In this document: positions 49,470 to 62,979 of the stretch, piece after piece
Layout of the letters: each line of letters opens with the position of its first letter
Position numbering within the stretch: position 1 is the first letter of the stretch
Assembly: GCA_964106915.2 (NCBI GenBank)
Contig: OZ066919.1
Reading direction: 5' to 3' (one strand)
DNA length: 64,000 bases
Origin: Podarcis gaigeae
Lineage: Eukaryota
The notes under the pieces: model-generated
Seen by the model: only the letters and a program-made list of their open reading frames with translations
What the model was told of the DNA's origin: nothing
Database searches by the model: none
Program-made: the position numbers and the translations under genes

Positions 49470-52400
49470 TTAAGTCTTTCAGGCACCATGAAATGCTTCC
49501 TTGCAATGTGCTGAAGTGGGCTTGAGTGTATAATGCACTTAGTTGAATGGAAACAACTGCCTTTGTCCTGACTATGAAGAAATAAAAGCTATACAAGTGG
49601 TATTTATCATTCTAATGTGCTTGCTGTAGGACTTCTGGGATTCTGCCCAAGGAAAACAAGGATAAACTTTTGCCTTCCTGAAGGAATTTTCTCTCTCTCT
49701 CCAAAACATTCAAATGCACACATCTAAATACTGTACACACTCCCTCTTCTGCTTTCCCCTTACTGGAGGAATCAGTGCCTGACTCAGCTGTTAGTCCGTA
49801 AATCTCACCCACACAGACAGATGCACCAAGTCCCTTGCTGCCAGGCCCTAAGTTTTGTACTAAACACTCTTTCAGAAGCAAAAACTGACCACACCCTCTC
49901 TTCTCGTGGAAGGAGATGGTGTTATCGTTGCATGCAAGCTATACAAGGGCCACATGGAAACACAGAACAGAAGAATATCTGCATTGGAGGCACTCCAGGG
50001 GTGAGGTTTGAGCTGGTGTCAGCTTCCTGCAGGAGGAATGGGCACCCATGGTGCAGCAGGAGGACTGTGCAACATTGGGTTGTAGGCAACCAGAAAGCAG
50101 GAAACTCCTGCAGCCGTGAGGAGCCATACTTGCTGGAATGGCAAATTGTTCAGGAGATAAAGACTGTTCTGTTTTGCCAGGGGGAAAAACAAACAAACTT
50201 CTGAGTCATTGTGCTTTTGTATTGTGAAGGTTAAATCCTTCTCATATTGACCTTTAAAACTGTTGCACCAAGCACCTAAATTGAGTGGGCAGAGCTTGTG
50301 TAAGATCTGCCAAAGGGGCACAGCAACGATCTGACCAGGTGGAAAAAGTAGTGTTTGGCTAAGGCAGCATTTGAGGGGAGGGATATCCAAGCTGAGGCAC
50401 ACACTTTCACTTAAAATCCAACACACGGTTCATTCTTACATAGCTGAAAAGTTTTACTTATTCAAACTGAGGCTTTCCACCATGAGAGCAAGTCATGGCA
50501 AGCTTTGGACTCCCATCTTTCTCTTTCATGCAACAGTGAGAAGAGGAGACGAGAAGCCAGTTTTAAACCAATCACAATTCCCTGTGACATCTGAAAATCA
50601 GGAACTGTGGTTTGCTTAAATTATGGGTAATGAGGAAGCATTCAAGGCTGCTAACAACAATCCAATCAAAACAATCATTTAAAAATTGCAAGGAACAATT
50701 AGACAACAAAACAATAATCACTATGCAGTGTTTCTATTATAAGGTATGAAAGCACTCAGTTGTAGTTGCAGACCCAGTGTTGGGTCCACATTGATTTCAG
50801 AGGCGGGCCTTGAGCAAGATGGACTCAGTGGACTCCCCCTCCCTGAATGGACCCACTTCTTGGCAATTGTATCCAAGGCCTATTTGCATGTCCTTTTCCT
50901 TTGGGCCCAATCCACACCACTGCACAGAAGAAAAAGGCAGGGCTTGTGAAAGCTGTTCCTCTTCCTGCTTGCTCCTGTCTCAGAGAGGGCAGGTGAACCA
51001 GATAGCAACAGCAAAGAGGAGGAGTGAGACCAGGGGTCAGCAGTGGACCCTTTCTGGGGTGTGACAGGTGCCCTGGCTAACCCCAAGGATGATACCAGCT
51101 CTGTGGATCAAGAACCCTAAGGAGCAATGCCTTTTTTGATCAGACAATGAAGCAGCATCAAGGAGGGCAGGCAGTTGGGCCTCTTGAGTCAGGGCATTTC
51201 AGAGCTTAGGTACTATGGCGAGAAGCTCATGCTCTTGAGACCCCCATTATAACACTTCAGTGAACATGGAGGAAGGTCTCCCACAAAGATCTGAACTGAG
51301 CTGGAAACAGAAGAACAGAAGAACAGCCCTGCTGGATTAGGGCAGTGGCTTATCCAGACCAGCATCAGTGGACAACCTGATGCTTTAAGTGGGCAGTAGC
51401 TTAGTTGGGGGGGCATCTATATTGCATGCAGAAGGTCCCATGTTCAACCAAGGAGCTGAGAATGCTCCTTGTATAACCCCTGCTGCCAGCCAGGGTAGAC
51501 AAGACTGAGTTAGGTGGGCCAATGATTTGATTCAGTATGAGGCAGTTTCTTATTTTCCTAATACCCAGGCTGTCCGTCTTTACCATCCAGAACTCCAGGG
51601 TCTATTTTCTCCAAATGTGTGGTTCATAAAACTATCATGGCAGAGCAACTTTCCATAAGCCTGAATAAGCCTAAAAATCTGAATTGGTGATCATCACCAC
51701 CACATTTCTTTGTACCACATCCCACAAATGTTACCGTGCGAAGACCGTCTTCTTTTTTGCACTGCCTGGAAAAGGACTGCCAATCAACTTCTAGGGGTGA
51801 CCCCAAGTTCCAAGAATCTCCTCCTTGCTCTCAACCTCTGGGGTTTACAGAAGGTGAACATCTCCTGTAAATGTCTGCAAGCAAATGTCAAAGAACAAAA
51901 CCAGCAGGGAAATGTTAAAACTTGCCTGTGGTTATGAAACCATCAATAAATTAACCAAAGACACATTCTCTTTAATAACATTTGGGACCTATAAAAAAGC
52001 TGCCACAACAAAGGACACAATGTGATTTTGGGAATGCCAAAGAAAGGGAGAGGAGGATTCACCAACAATTGGCAAGGTGTTCCACTCCTTAAATCTTTCT
52101 GTGTTATCATAACACAGAGCAGAGGAAGCAGCTAATCTGCAAGGGAGGATGAGACGAAAGCTTGGTTTTCTTCTGAAAGGGCTTATAATACCTGGATTGT
52201 CATCTTTGGAACAACCGCCATCAAGGAGACGGCGGTGAACTGCAATAACCATCCTTCATAGATTTTACAGTCTTTATGAAAACATTTAACAGCCCAGCAT
52301 AATGATTCATTTGGGAGCATATTTTGCATGTGGTCCAACAAAAACAGCAATTGTAATGATTGAAAGCCGCGGAGTTAAAGTGTCACCTAATGTATCAAAG

Positions 52401-52545
52401 CTATAGAAGGCTGTGGGCCCATCATGCTGAAGATCATTGTTTACTGTCCCATCACACTAGCAAAATGTATGTTATCACAAATTCAGTGTTATTACATTTC
52501 ATGTATTTTTGGCAATATACCAAACCACAGACTAGCAGGACAATT

Positions 52546-52882
52546 AAAGGTAAAGGGACCCCTGACCATTAGGTCCAGTCATGGACAACTCTGGGGTTGC
52601 GGTGCTCATCTTGCTTTATTGGCTGAGGGAGCTGGTGTACAGCTTCCAGGTCATGTGGCCAGCATGACTAAGCCGCTTCTGGCAAACCAGAGCAGCGCAT
52701 GGAAACGCCGTTTACCTTCCCGCTGGAGCGATACCTATTTATCTACTTGCACTTTGATGTGCTTTTGAACTGATAGGTTGGCAGGAGCAGGGACCGAGCA
52801 ACAGGAGCTCACCCCGTCGCGGGGATTCGAACCGCATCGGCAAGTCCTAGGCTCTGTGGTTTAACCCACAGCGCCACCCGTG
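52546..52882 (-). mobile_element. Sauria SINE, subfamily A
   Basis: Perfect 12-bp TSD AGCAGGACAATT. Confidence 0.92.
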
Positions 52883-55800
52883 AGCAGGACAATTGTTTAT
52901 CCTCAAAGGAAAATCCATATGACGTGCCCTCCCCCCGCTACTTTGACAGCACATGCCGTGTGCTAAGGCTCTCTCACACTCATTTTTAGTAAACAGTCAT
53001 GGTGCATTTGTATATATCAGTGCCAATGCACTACTCAGATACACATAGCAAGCTGTTCAAAAAGCAGCTTCTGTGAGGTTATGCAACCATGTAAACCAAA
53101 ATCCAGTCCTCCTGAGACTTTTTCTTTCCCCCTTGGGATGACTTTTAGCAGTCAAGAGGTCAAGCTGGCTGGGAATGGATTTTTCCAAGCATTCCAAGTG
53201 TTTGTTTCTGATTGTATTTTGCCTATCTTTAATTTTTATTTCGTGTATTCAGTGGTTTAAATGAAACAAGTGCATTGATCTGTTTGCTGGCACACAGAGC
53301 TAGTTGTGGCAGCAAGAGAACAAGGTTACCTAAACATCCGTGCATGCTCTGGATCAGACATAAAGGCAAAGGAGTCATGAAAAGTCCAGGTGTTTGGCAC
53401 AAGTTTTATTTTGGAAAGGAATCAGAGACAATCTCCCTTGGCTAGAAATCCAATTTTCTTTTTGGTTTTTGGAACTTGCTGGAGCAAGGAAAATGGCATC
53501 AGTTTCAGAAACGCTGGAGTTCTCCTCTCATGGGCTCAAATTCCTTCTTATGCACTTTTGTCCTGAACAGCATGTGCAGCTGGCTCCAAAGCTTTGAAAA
53601 ATGGAAATTTCACAACTAGAACCAAATATTTACCTAAGTATGAACTTTTGGACTTTTAGGGTGAAAGTTTACTTCATTGCTAGATTTTAACATAGGTGTT
53701 TTCTTTTCATTTTTTTGGCAAATTGCAAGGAAATGATTCTCTAAATAAACTTATTTTTCTATTTTTTGGGTGTTACCGTGCCACTGATTAAAACACTCTA
53801 TACCCATCCATCAGCAGCACTGCTCAGGTTTCCCTTGAGAGGAAGGTTGGGATATAAATTTAATAAATGATTGAATAATAGTAACAACAAATCCTCTGTT
53901 CAGTTTATGTTTCTGACCCACTCTTTGGAGGTCTGCTTTTTATCGAGTAGTTGATGCACTTCTAAATTCCTAAAATGCAGTTAAGACAAGTGTTGTTGTT
54001 GTTGTTAAAATGAATAAATGATTACCAACTCTGGCTTCAAACATAAGAAATTTACTTTGCTTTCTCACTGTAACAGCAAGATATCAATAGAGTGAATACA
54101 GACAACAAAACATGACATGGCATTTGAAGTTCACAGATGCAATTACTGAGAAATTCTCTTGGGCAAATCCTGCTGGGAACCGCACAAGAGTTTAAGCTAC
54201 CCAAGAGCAAGTCCAATTGAACTCAACAGGAGTTCTAAGTAGAAATGCACAGGGAAGCTATTTATTAACCATTCACAGGTGTACAATATGGTTGTCTCCT
54301 ATCACCAGTAAGATGTTAGCTGAAAGTGTTGTGTTTTGCATGCCTCATAATGTTGCTAGAGAATGATGGCAACTTCCTTTTTTAGGTTATCTTGTTTGTC
54401 CATAGCAATGCAGTCCGGATGTTCTTTTTCATCTTGTCAAGATAATCCCAAATGTCTGGGATGAATACCAATGGTGACCTCTTGTGGTCCATTTGAACAC
54501 TACACAATTTGCTCAATAGATATTATTAGTTAATGATTCTGATTAAGATCCTGTTTTCTCAGAATGTACAGTTCTGTATTGATTGGATATGGTGGGAATA
54601 CATTTCTCCAGCCATAATGATGTCAGTTTGCTTGCTTTTTATTTTCAGTAACCACAGGCGTTCAGGAAATTGCTTAGTACGGTAGCCTGTCTGGAGAGCA
54701 ATGACCTTTTTGCTTTTGAGAAAAAAGATAAATTGCAATGCTGCTGCCACTGCTACTAGTATTGCTATCACAGCACCATCAATGTAAATGGAACTTTACA
54801 GAATCACATAAGCAAAAAAGGGCAGGTGCTCAAATCTATGTCTGGACAACTTGGGTTGCAACAGAGGGTGGGAAACATGAAGGTGAGCATGTGCAGTTGC
54901 AAGGAGGATACAGTCATTCAGTGGTAAACACAGGAGGTCCCAGCATCTCCAGGTAGAATTGCAAAGGACTCACCTTTGAAACCCTGAAGAGCCACTGCTA
55001 GTCAGTACAGGTGATGCTTAGCTAGATGGACTATTGACTTGACCTCATAAAAGACATGTACCTCATAGCATATACAGTACTGCTATAATTAAGGACCCTT
55101 TCACTATTTTGGTGTGGGATTCAATCATATACCAGCAAAGTCAGGTTGCACAGTTAAAGTCAATTTAGAAGCTCTGCCCTATAAATCTGCTCTCCCCCAC
55201 CCCATCAGGTTATTTGCAATAAGGACAGTGATAGGAAAGTACATTGGAAAGTGTGGGGACTCAGCTACATTAGTAAAAAAACCCAGCATTTTGAATGCGT
55301 TATAAACATGTATCACCAGATGGTGCTGTAGAGCAGAAAACTTTTCTATGCAATTTTACATAGCGTTCCCCCCCTTTGTTATAATGATTTAATTTCTGAC
55401 TTATTTATAGTGTTTTTCCCCTGTGTGTAGATCCACCCTGGGATAACACTTGATTGGCACAACATCATCTCACTTCCCCACAAAGCAACAAGAAGGAGTG
55501 CTCTGTAAATAGCCGGTGTCATCTAAACCTCCCTGCAAACAGATCATGATGACTGCACCTTTAGGAGGTCATCGGAAGCGACCTTTGCTTCAGTTGGCCA
55601 CAAGGAACTAAATATTTCCATCCCTGTGCAAGTTTTCTTTGAGGAAATGCAGAGGCCTGCTGCACTGATTGGGTAGTTTTGTCGGCCTTTTTCAAACCTT
55701 TAAGTGGCACAAAGCCAACCAAGGAATGCAGTGGCATATGAGCAGGTTGCTTTGTGGAGGCAACTGAACCAGGGAGCCATCTAAAGTAGGGTTGCCATAT

Positions 55801-57663
55801 GTTGGGAAATTTCCAGACATGTCCTCTTTGTGGGATCCTACATGTCCATCTGGGGGATTTTTGCATTTCAAAGCAAATGTCCTGGATTTTGGTTTTAAAA
55901 TAAAAAATGTGCACAGGCAGGTCTGGTTGAGGCTCAGGCTCTGGCATGGGGCAACCTGGGCTCTGGCTTTTTTGTGTCCAAATGTTTGCCTTTCGAAATA
56001 TGGCAATCCTAATCTAAAGGGATTTCTGTGGGGCAGTTCATTTGTATGCACTGGCCTTCTTTCTATCCATCAAGACCACGCCCTTTAAGTCCCTCTTCTA
56101 AGCACTGTCTTCCACAAAGCATTTCTGGTCCTCTCCATAGCACTGTCCAGGGCCAGCCCAAGACATTTTGGTACCTGAGGTGAACCACAAAATGGTGTCC
56201 CCTTCCCTGCCAGGGAAGAAGGGCTGAGTGAAGATCTACATGAGGAACAAGAGGGGAATAAAGATTTGCAGCTGGATCTGCTCTCCCTGTGGATTCTGCT
56301 GCCTGAGGCAGTTGCCTCCCCTTGCCTTATCAGCGGGCCGGCCTTGGTACCGTCTCTTATGTTCCCTCTTCTATAAGCCATCACTATCCCTGGTCTTTAG
56401 CAAGCCCTTTCTTTTGCTTCCTGTCTGTTTCAGTGGCATGCATCCGCAGCTTTGCACTCAGCTTCTGGGCTGTACATCTGTGTGTTTTACAGCTATATTT
56501 GGAGCTTAAATGCTCCTAGTCTTGGCAAGTTTGCACAGGTTCCATTCTAAATGATGACTAAAAACATTCTTCCAGGAAGAGGTGATGGCTTCGTTCCCCA
56601 TCTCCACTACATTATAGCAACTGAGAGAGGTCGGAAGCCTTTGATCATCCAGGGAACGGCTGTAGTTTAGCAGGAGAGCAGCTGCTTTGCATGCAGAAGG
56701 TCCCAAGTTCATTCCCCGTCATCTCCAGGGAGAGCTGGGAGAGGTCCTTGCCTGAAACCCTGGAGAGCAGCTGCCAATCAGTGCAAACAATGCTGAGCTA
56801 GATGTACCAATGCTCTAACTTGGTATGGCTGTTTTCCATGCTACTAGTGTGCAATGTGAAACATGCTTACCTGCAAGTAAGTCCCACTGTATTCAGTGGG
56901 GCTTTCTCCCAGGTAAGAGTGCATAGGATTACAGCCTTAATAGAGGTGATGGGGGAATGAATGAATGACTGAATAAATAAATAAATAATAATTTAAAAAA
57001 ATATTTATACCCCGCCCTCCCCTCCCCTCCCCAGCCAAGACCAGGCTCAGGGCAGCTAACACCCGATATAAAAACAAATTGATTGAAATACAACTTAAAA
57101 ATAAGATTAAAATACAACATTAAAACATTAAAATATTAAAATACAGCCTCATTTCAATGGAAACTCTGGCTTGTAGGGATTCCAGCAGCCAGCATAGTCT
57201 ATCCCACCTACCCAGTTAAGAGCCTAATGTGCTTTATCAAATGCACAAGTACTCATAAGTAACATGAAGAAGTGATTGTTATGGCTGCTTTTGCAGAAAT
57301 TACTAATTACTGGTTATGACTTATTACATTTATCCCTCACTTTCCTTAAGGTGATTTCTGGACAGTCACCCCATCTAGATCCTGTCCGGACCCTGACAGA
57401 CTATGACAATCAGCAAGATGACTGCATCCTTGGACTCTGCCAGTGATTTGCCTGAGTCACGGGAGTTAGCCACTAAGGTCAGTGAACTAGGATGGGGTGA
57501 GGCAAAACCAAGCAATGAGCCTGCCTTTCGCTTCTACTATCCATAGCCTTTAAAGGAAGTGAACAGAAGGCTGTGTGGATTGGGGTGGAGGCTGGATGTA
57601 GATAAAATGGTGGCATTCCTTATGTAGAGAAGCAGCTCGTGTATAGGCATGATCTTATTAATA

Positions 57664-57889
57664 CAGTGGTACCTGGGGTTAAGTACTTAATTCGTTCCAG
57701 AGGTCCATTCTTAACCTGAAACTGTTCTTAACCTGAAGCACCACTTTAGCTAATGGGGCCTCCCGCTGCCCCCGTACCACTGGAGCACGATTTCTGTTCT
57801 CATCCTGAAGCAAAGTTCTTAACCTGAAGCACTATTTCTGGGTTAGCTGAGTGTGTAACCTGAAGCGTATGTAACCTGAGGTACCACTG
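57664..57889. mobile_element. Tc1/mariner (Tigger-like) MITE
   Basis: TIRs CAGTGGTACCT / AGGTACCACTG with TA TSD. Confidence 0.9.
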
Positions 57890-58570
57890 TACACAAGCTA
57901 TCACCAGACTAGATTCAGCACTAATGAATCCTCCATTGGACAACATACATGCAAAAATATCACTAAGCAACAACCCTAAGCGTACTGATCTGGAAATTAA
58001 GTTCTGTGACCAAAAACAGTGGGGCTGAGCTTCTCCAACTGTGTTTAGGATCAGAGCCTCAAACAGGTAATCTTCTGAGCACGGCCCATGTGCTTGGCTA
58101 CCATTAGCCATTTTCATGCCACTGGTGAAAAGCCAGCATCACTTCTCTGTCCTCAGTTACCCTTATCAGTCTCCCAGAGTGGCTGGGGCAACGTAGTCAG
58201 ATGGGCAACATATAAAGAATAAAATTATTATTATTATTCTCCATTTCTGGCATTACAGTGGAAGAAGTGCTCTGCTCCTCAGCCTTCTGGGAGCAGCTTC
58301 TTTAAGAAATCCTACGCAAACTGAGTGTGCCCAGTAGCCTCTCAGACGTCTTCTTTTCTCCCACTCCTAAGCAACATTTGAACCAGAAAAGAGTGGGACT
58401 GGTGTGTGTGTGTTTTCAAAATGTTGCTGCCCCTGTATCATGGACCAAATATGCCACCTTATGGAGATCCTCAGCCTCATGATTAGGCATGCCTCTGTAT
58501 TTTTTTTTTTACCCAGTTGTAAAACAGTATATAGCTAAATCCCACAGTTATACTAAACTAGAACATTGGT

Positions 58571-58937
58571 GGGAGGCAGGTGGCGCTGTGGGTTAAAGCC
58601 TCAGCGCCTAGGACTTGCCGATCGAAAGGTCGGTGGTTCGAATCCCTGCGGCGGGGTGCGCTCCCGCTGCTCGGTCCCAGCGCCTGCCAACCTAGCAGTT
58701 CGAAAGCACCTCCGGGTGCAAGTAGATAAATAGGGACCGCTTACCAGCGGGAAGGTAAACGGCGTTTCCGTGTGCGGCTCTGGCTCGCCAGAGCAGCGAT
58801 GTCACGCTGGCCACGTGACCCGGAAGTGTCTCCGGACAGCGCTGGCCCCTGGCCTCTTATGTGAGATGGGTGCACAACCCCAGAGTCTGTCAAGACTGGC
58901 CCGCACGGGCAGGGGTACCTTTACCTTTTTACCTTTT
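58571..58937 (+). mobile_element. Sauria SINE, young subfamily B
   Basis: Full length; perfect TSD TAGAACATTGGT. Confidence 0.95.
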
Positions 58938-60175
58938 TAGAACATTGGTATTATTTACCTGAACAGCTGATTATGACACTCCCTGTGGTGCAGTGGCTAG
59001 GGGACAGCCAAGTTTAAATCTCCACCCATCCATGAAGCTTGCTTGGATCAGACACTGTCTGATGAAGGGAGGGCTATAAATCTTACGAATAAAATAAAAT
59101 AAAATTCTGAGCCTAACCTACCTCACAGGGATGTTGTGATCACAAAAGAGAAGAGGTGCTGTCCTAGTGTCTGTGGCAACCCAGTCAGATGGGAGGGGTA
59201 CAAATAACAACAGCAACAGCAACAATTGATTGTGTGCGTGTTTTGTGCACACATCTGCTTGTCCTGTGCCTAGAAAGGACAGGTCCAAGTGGTTTTTCTG
59301 CTTTCCCCATGCTTTCTGGGCACAGGTGTGAGCTGTTTTGTGTTTGTCCCGCAGCTTTCTGCTGGATAACACACTCTTCACTCCTGAATCTGAAGAAACA
59401 GCAATCCACGAAAAACCCAATTGCCATTTGGCATGACTCAGTGGTAAATTGTGGGTTTTCATGGAGAAAAGCAGTGGTGGCATCTGTGCTTGATTGTGCG
59501 TGGGTTAATTGGACTTTCCCCGAGAAGCTGACCTGCACGGCTGCCGATATTCCCCATGGCTCCATTCTACACAACTGCAAGGAAAACAAACTATCCTGAA
59601 ATCAGCATGCTGATTCAATCCAGAGGGCAGAGGGTCTTCTATAGATTTTGCAAGGTGATTAAGCTCCCAGACCTATCCCTTGTGGGCATGGATGAAGCTG
59701 GCTAGAACTGCGATATATAAGAAAACAAAGCCTGTTTACTTTCCTTGGCTTCTGGTCAAGAACACTGCAGCTGTCTCTGTTCCTCTTGGATCAGAACACT
59801 ATGTACCCCCACCCCCCAAAGAGGGACATTCCCTGGGCAGCATCCCAATTGGCTCACAGTCCAGATGCTCCATCAGCTGCTCTGCACTGCCCTCTAGAGG
59901 CACCCTATTGACTTCTCTTCGTTATGCATAAGTCCTGTGTTGGGATCTTGGTTTTTTTGCTTTCATATTGTTAGGAGCTTGGCAAATGAACTGTGGCCTC
60001 ACTGGGGCCATTGATTCAAGAATGCCAAGTAGACAAAAAGCATGGGACACTGACTCCTACATTTCCACTAATCATCCCCCCCCCCTGCATTTTTATGAGG
60101 GTGACACCTGGGCTGAGATCTGGGAAGGCAAGATCTGGGAAAGGAGGATGGAATAAGAAACACAGGAATCTGACT

Positions 60176-60257
60176 TATAACTGGTAAGATCATTGGTTTT
60201 CTGAACTCAGTACTGACCACACACTGGCAGGCAGCAGGTCTCCAGAGTTCCAGACAG
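60176..60257 (+). promoter_or_regulatory. Possible TATA/Inr core promoter and short non-coding first exon (TNNI1 by synteny, unproven)
   Basis: TATAA at 60176, Inr-like TCAGT at 60207-60211, donor CAG|GTGAGT at 60257/60258; E-boxes and a CACC box upstream. Confidence 0.3.
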
Positions 60258-61104
60258 GTGAGTCTTTCCCAGTCCTACCTGAGAGTGTTGGAATTTTGCA
60301 TGCAACTCAGCTTGTTGAGAAGGGTTTGCATGGGTTAAGGCAGATAAGAGTGATGAACCCCCCGCTTCCCAGATTATTCCTATACCTTTATCTTTATGCA
60401 GACTTCTCTCCATCTCTTTGATGTTTAGAATGATAACCTTAGCTTGCATCCTGTTTATACCTTCCCATTCCCGCTCCTCCTCATATATTCGTCCCACCTT
60501 GAGGTGAGAGGTCTCAGGGTCACCTTTTTAGAATTCAGCAGGAAGGAGGATAGAGCAGAACTGGAATTAGTTGGCTCTGTCTATTACTGACTCTGAATCT
60601 GTCTGCCATTGGCACTACCATAGACAGCATCGGGGGGGGGGGGAGGTCTGAGGAGCCAAGGGCCCACCAAGACTGCATGACATGCTCACCTTAATTGCGC
60701 AGCTCGCGTGGCATGCCTGTGTCACTTGAGCATGCCCTGTGGTGTCTGCGCAACATGTCAGCAAATTGTGTGATGTGTGCGCATGACATCAGCATGCCCT
60801 TAATTGCGGGGGCAAGGTGGTGCACTTGGGCACTGCTTCTTACCTTCTGCCCTAACAATCCCAAGGGATTCCACCCTCCACTGATCTGTGCCAAAGTACG
60901 GATGCCTAAGTTCCCTGAGAGATGGAACCAGAGGTAGATTTAGAGAAGCGCAACCAGTTCAGTCACACTGGGCACAGAGTCTTGGGGGTGCCACAGGGGG
61001 CAATATAACTATGATGTAGAATGAAAGGTGAGAGGTGCCAGGAGTGCTGAATTTTGGTGTCACACAGGGTGTGGCTGAAATTTGAGAAATTTGAAATTGG
61101 AGGA

Positions 61105-61465
61105 GTGTGCTTTTGGGGGTGGAGTTAAACCATCAGAGAGTTACAGTGCCTGCTGTGGCTGTGATACGAGAGAGGTATGTTTTGTTGCAGCTGATGAAGG
61201 TGTCTGGTTGTGCTGCTACAGGTGCACCCTGGCACTTCTCTCTGTGCTCCTCCCAGTGGTAAGTCCTCCTCTGATCACTGCTGTGGATACACGACCTGAC
61301 AGCCTGTCTCCAGGCACTGCGGTCATCTGCAAGGGATTCCCACAGGGCGGGGCTGATGTTGCCAGCCTTCATGCCATGTTTGCAGACATCTTTGTAAAGC
61401 AGAGTTGGTCTGCTAATCAGCTTGGTTCCTGAATCCAGCTCCCTGTGGGGGCATCGTTCAAATAC
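61105..61465 (-). mobile_element. RTE-clade LINE 3' fragment
   Basis: Reads ELDSG..RPTLLYKDVCKHGMKAGNISPALWESLADDRSAWRQAV. Confidence 0.8.
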
Positions 61466-62091
61466 ATAAACCAATAACTCAGTTTCTATGTAGACAGGTA
61501 ACGAGACATTTGCTCCAGCTAAAAACCTGGCAATACCCTCATTTTGTTTTAGAAGCATCCCTAGGAAATATCTCTTCTGCAACACAATAGACTTTTCTGG
61601 CAGCAGCTGTTGTAGTCTGGGCTGCATTCCAGTCTCTCTTGACATTTTGGAGCTGGCAATGTAAAATAGCGGTGGGGGGCAATCAAGGGTTGAGGGGGAC
61701 AGACATATTTGAGGAATTATCTCCAGAAAGCTATCTTTAAAGGCAACAAAAGCTCAGCTGTTGTTTCTAAAGATGTCCCACACAGTATTCACTTTGGTAG
61801 CTATTACCTCTTTAAAGGTCAGCTGGGAGGGATGACTGAATGATTCCTTTGTTCAAAGAGAGCTGCAAACAGAGAGGGCACACACATTTGACGGGGCATG
61901 GGACTGGTTTGGGACATTGCTTTTTAAAGACATATCTCTTAAGACTGGCCCGTGTAGCCTAGGGATGTTCAAGGATTTCATTCAATCCACATGCTTAAAT
62001 GAACCGTCCTGATTTGCAATTCCTAGACAAATGTATGGATAGGATGAGGTAGCACCCACTTTCAGTTTTTCTCTGAATTTTGCAATACTGT

Positions 62092-62454
62092 CTGGTTTTT
62101 TTTTCAAAACCAAAAAAATTTACAAACATCAAATTCAAAATCCATATTCATTGTCTAACATGCCTATTACATAGATTACCTAAATTAAAATATATCTAAT
62201 TGCTCTAGGCTTCCCTTTGCTACATGTAAGTACAATGCAATTAACAAATTATATTATAAATGATATTATAGGTTCCCATATACCCCCACTCCCCTTCACC
62301 CAAGTGTGATCTCAATATTTACTTCTTCCATCTTCTTGTGTTGTTATAATTTAATAATTATTCAGTTGATTCAATTATTATTTTCTTGCTTACCCCTGCA
62401 TGTTTTACACATTCTCTATTAATATTTCAATTCCAGAACCATATTTTTTCATGT
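62092..62454 (-). mobile_element. Short L1-type 3' insertion
   Basis: 15-bp direct repeat ATTTTGCAATACTGT (62077-62091, 62455-62469); poly-T start. Confidence 0.55.
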
Positions 62455-62979
62455 ATTTTGCAATACTGTTGTCAGACAAAAGAAGTACCAAAAGTCCATA
62501 TAAAGCTGCAGTTAAAATGACCTTGAATGAACATTTTAGGACATGATGCACACAAAATTAGGATAAGTGTGTACAAAAATAATGCAAATATTTGTGAGGT
62601 TTAAAAATAAATCAAGGTGATGCAGAAACCAGATGGGACGGAGTTAGAATGAACATGTGTGAAACTGATGATCTGAAAAAATAACCCTTGATAAGATGCA
62701 TGCAAAGGCAGAATTTTCTACATGTCTGATTTTTTTTCACCTGTCACACAGTGGATTTTATTTTCTGTTAAACAAGTTTGGAAAAATACAGTAGCTGACT
62801 TTTGTTCACCGGTGAATTCAAGCAGGTCCCCCTTTTCTCCCCCCCCACTTACAATTTGTTTATTTAAACATTTGTCAAATATACATAATAAGTGCACAAA
62901 CCTTTCAAAACAAAATTGCTGATTAAACAAAAGGAAGAAATATCCTTAATCAACTATAAACAGAACGTAAAGGCAGGAT

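Noticed and set aside
55080-55520. CTATAAAT TATA-like and MEF2-like motifs as the TNNI1 promoter
   Set aside because: No convincing downstream donor or exon; weaker than the 60.2 kb candidate.
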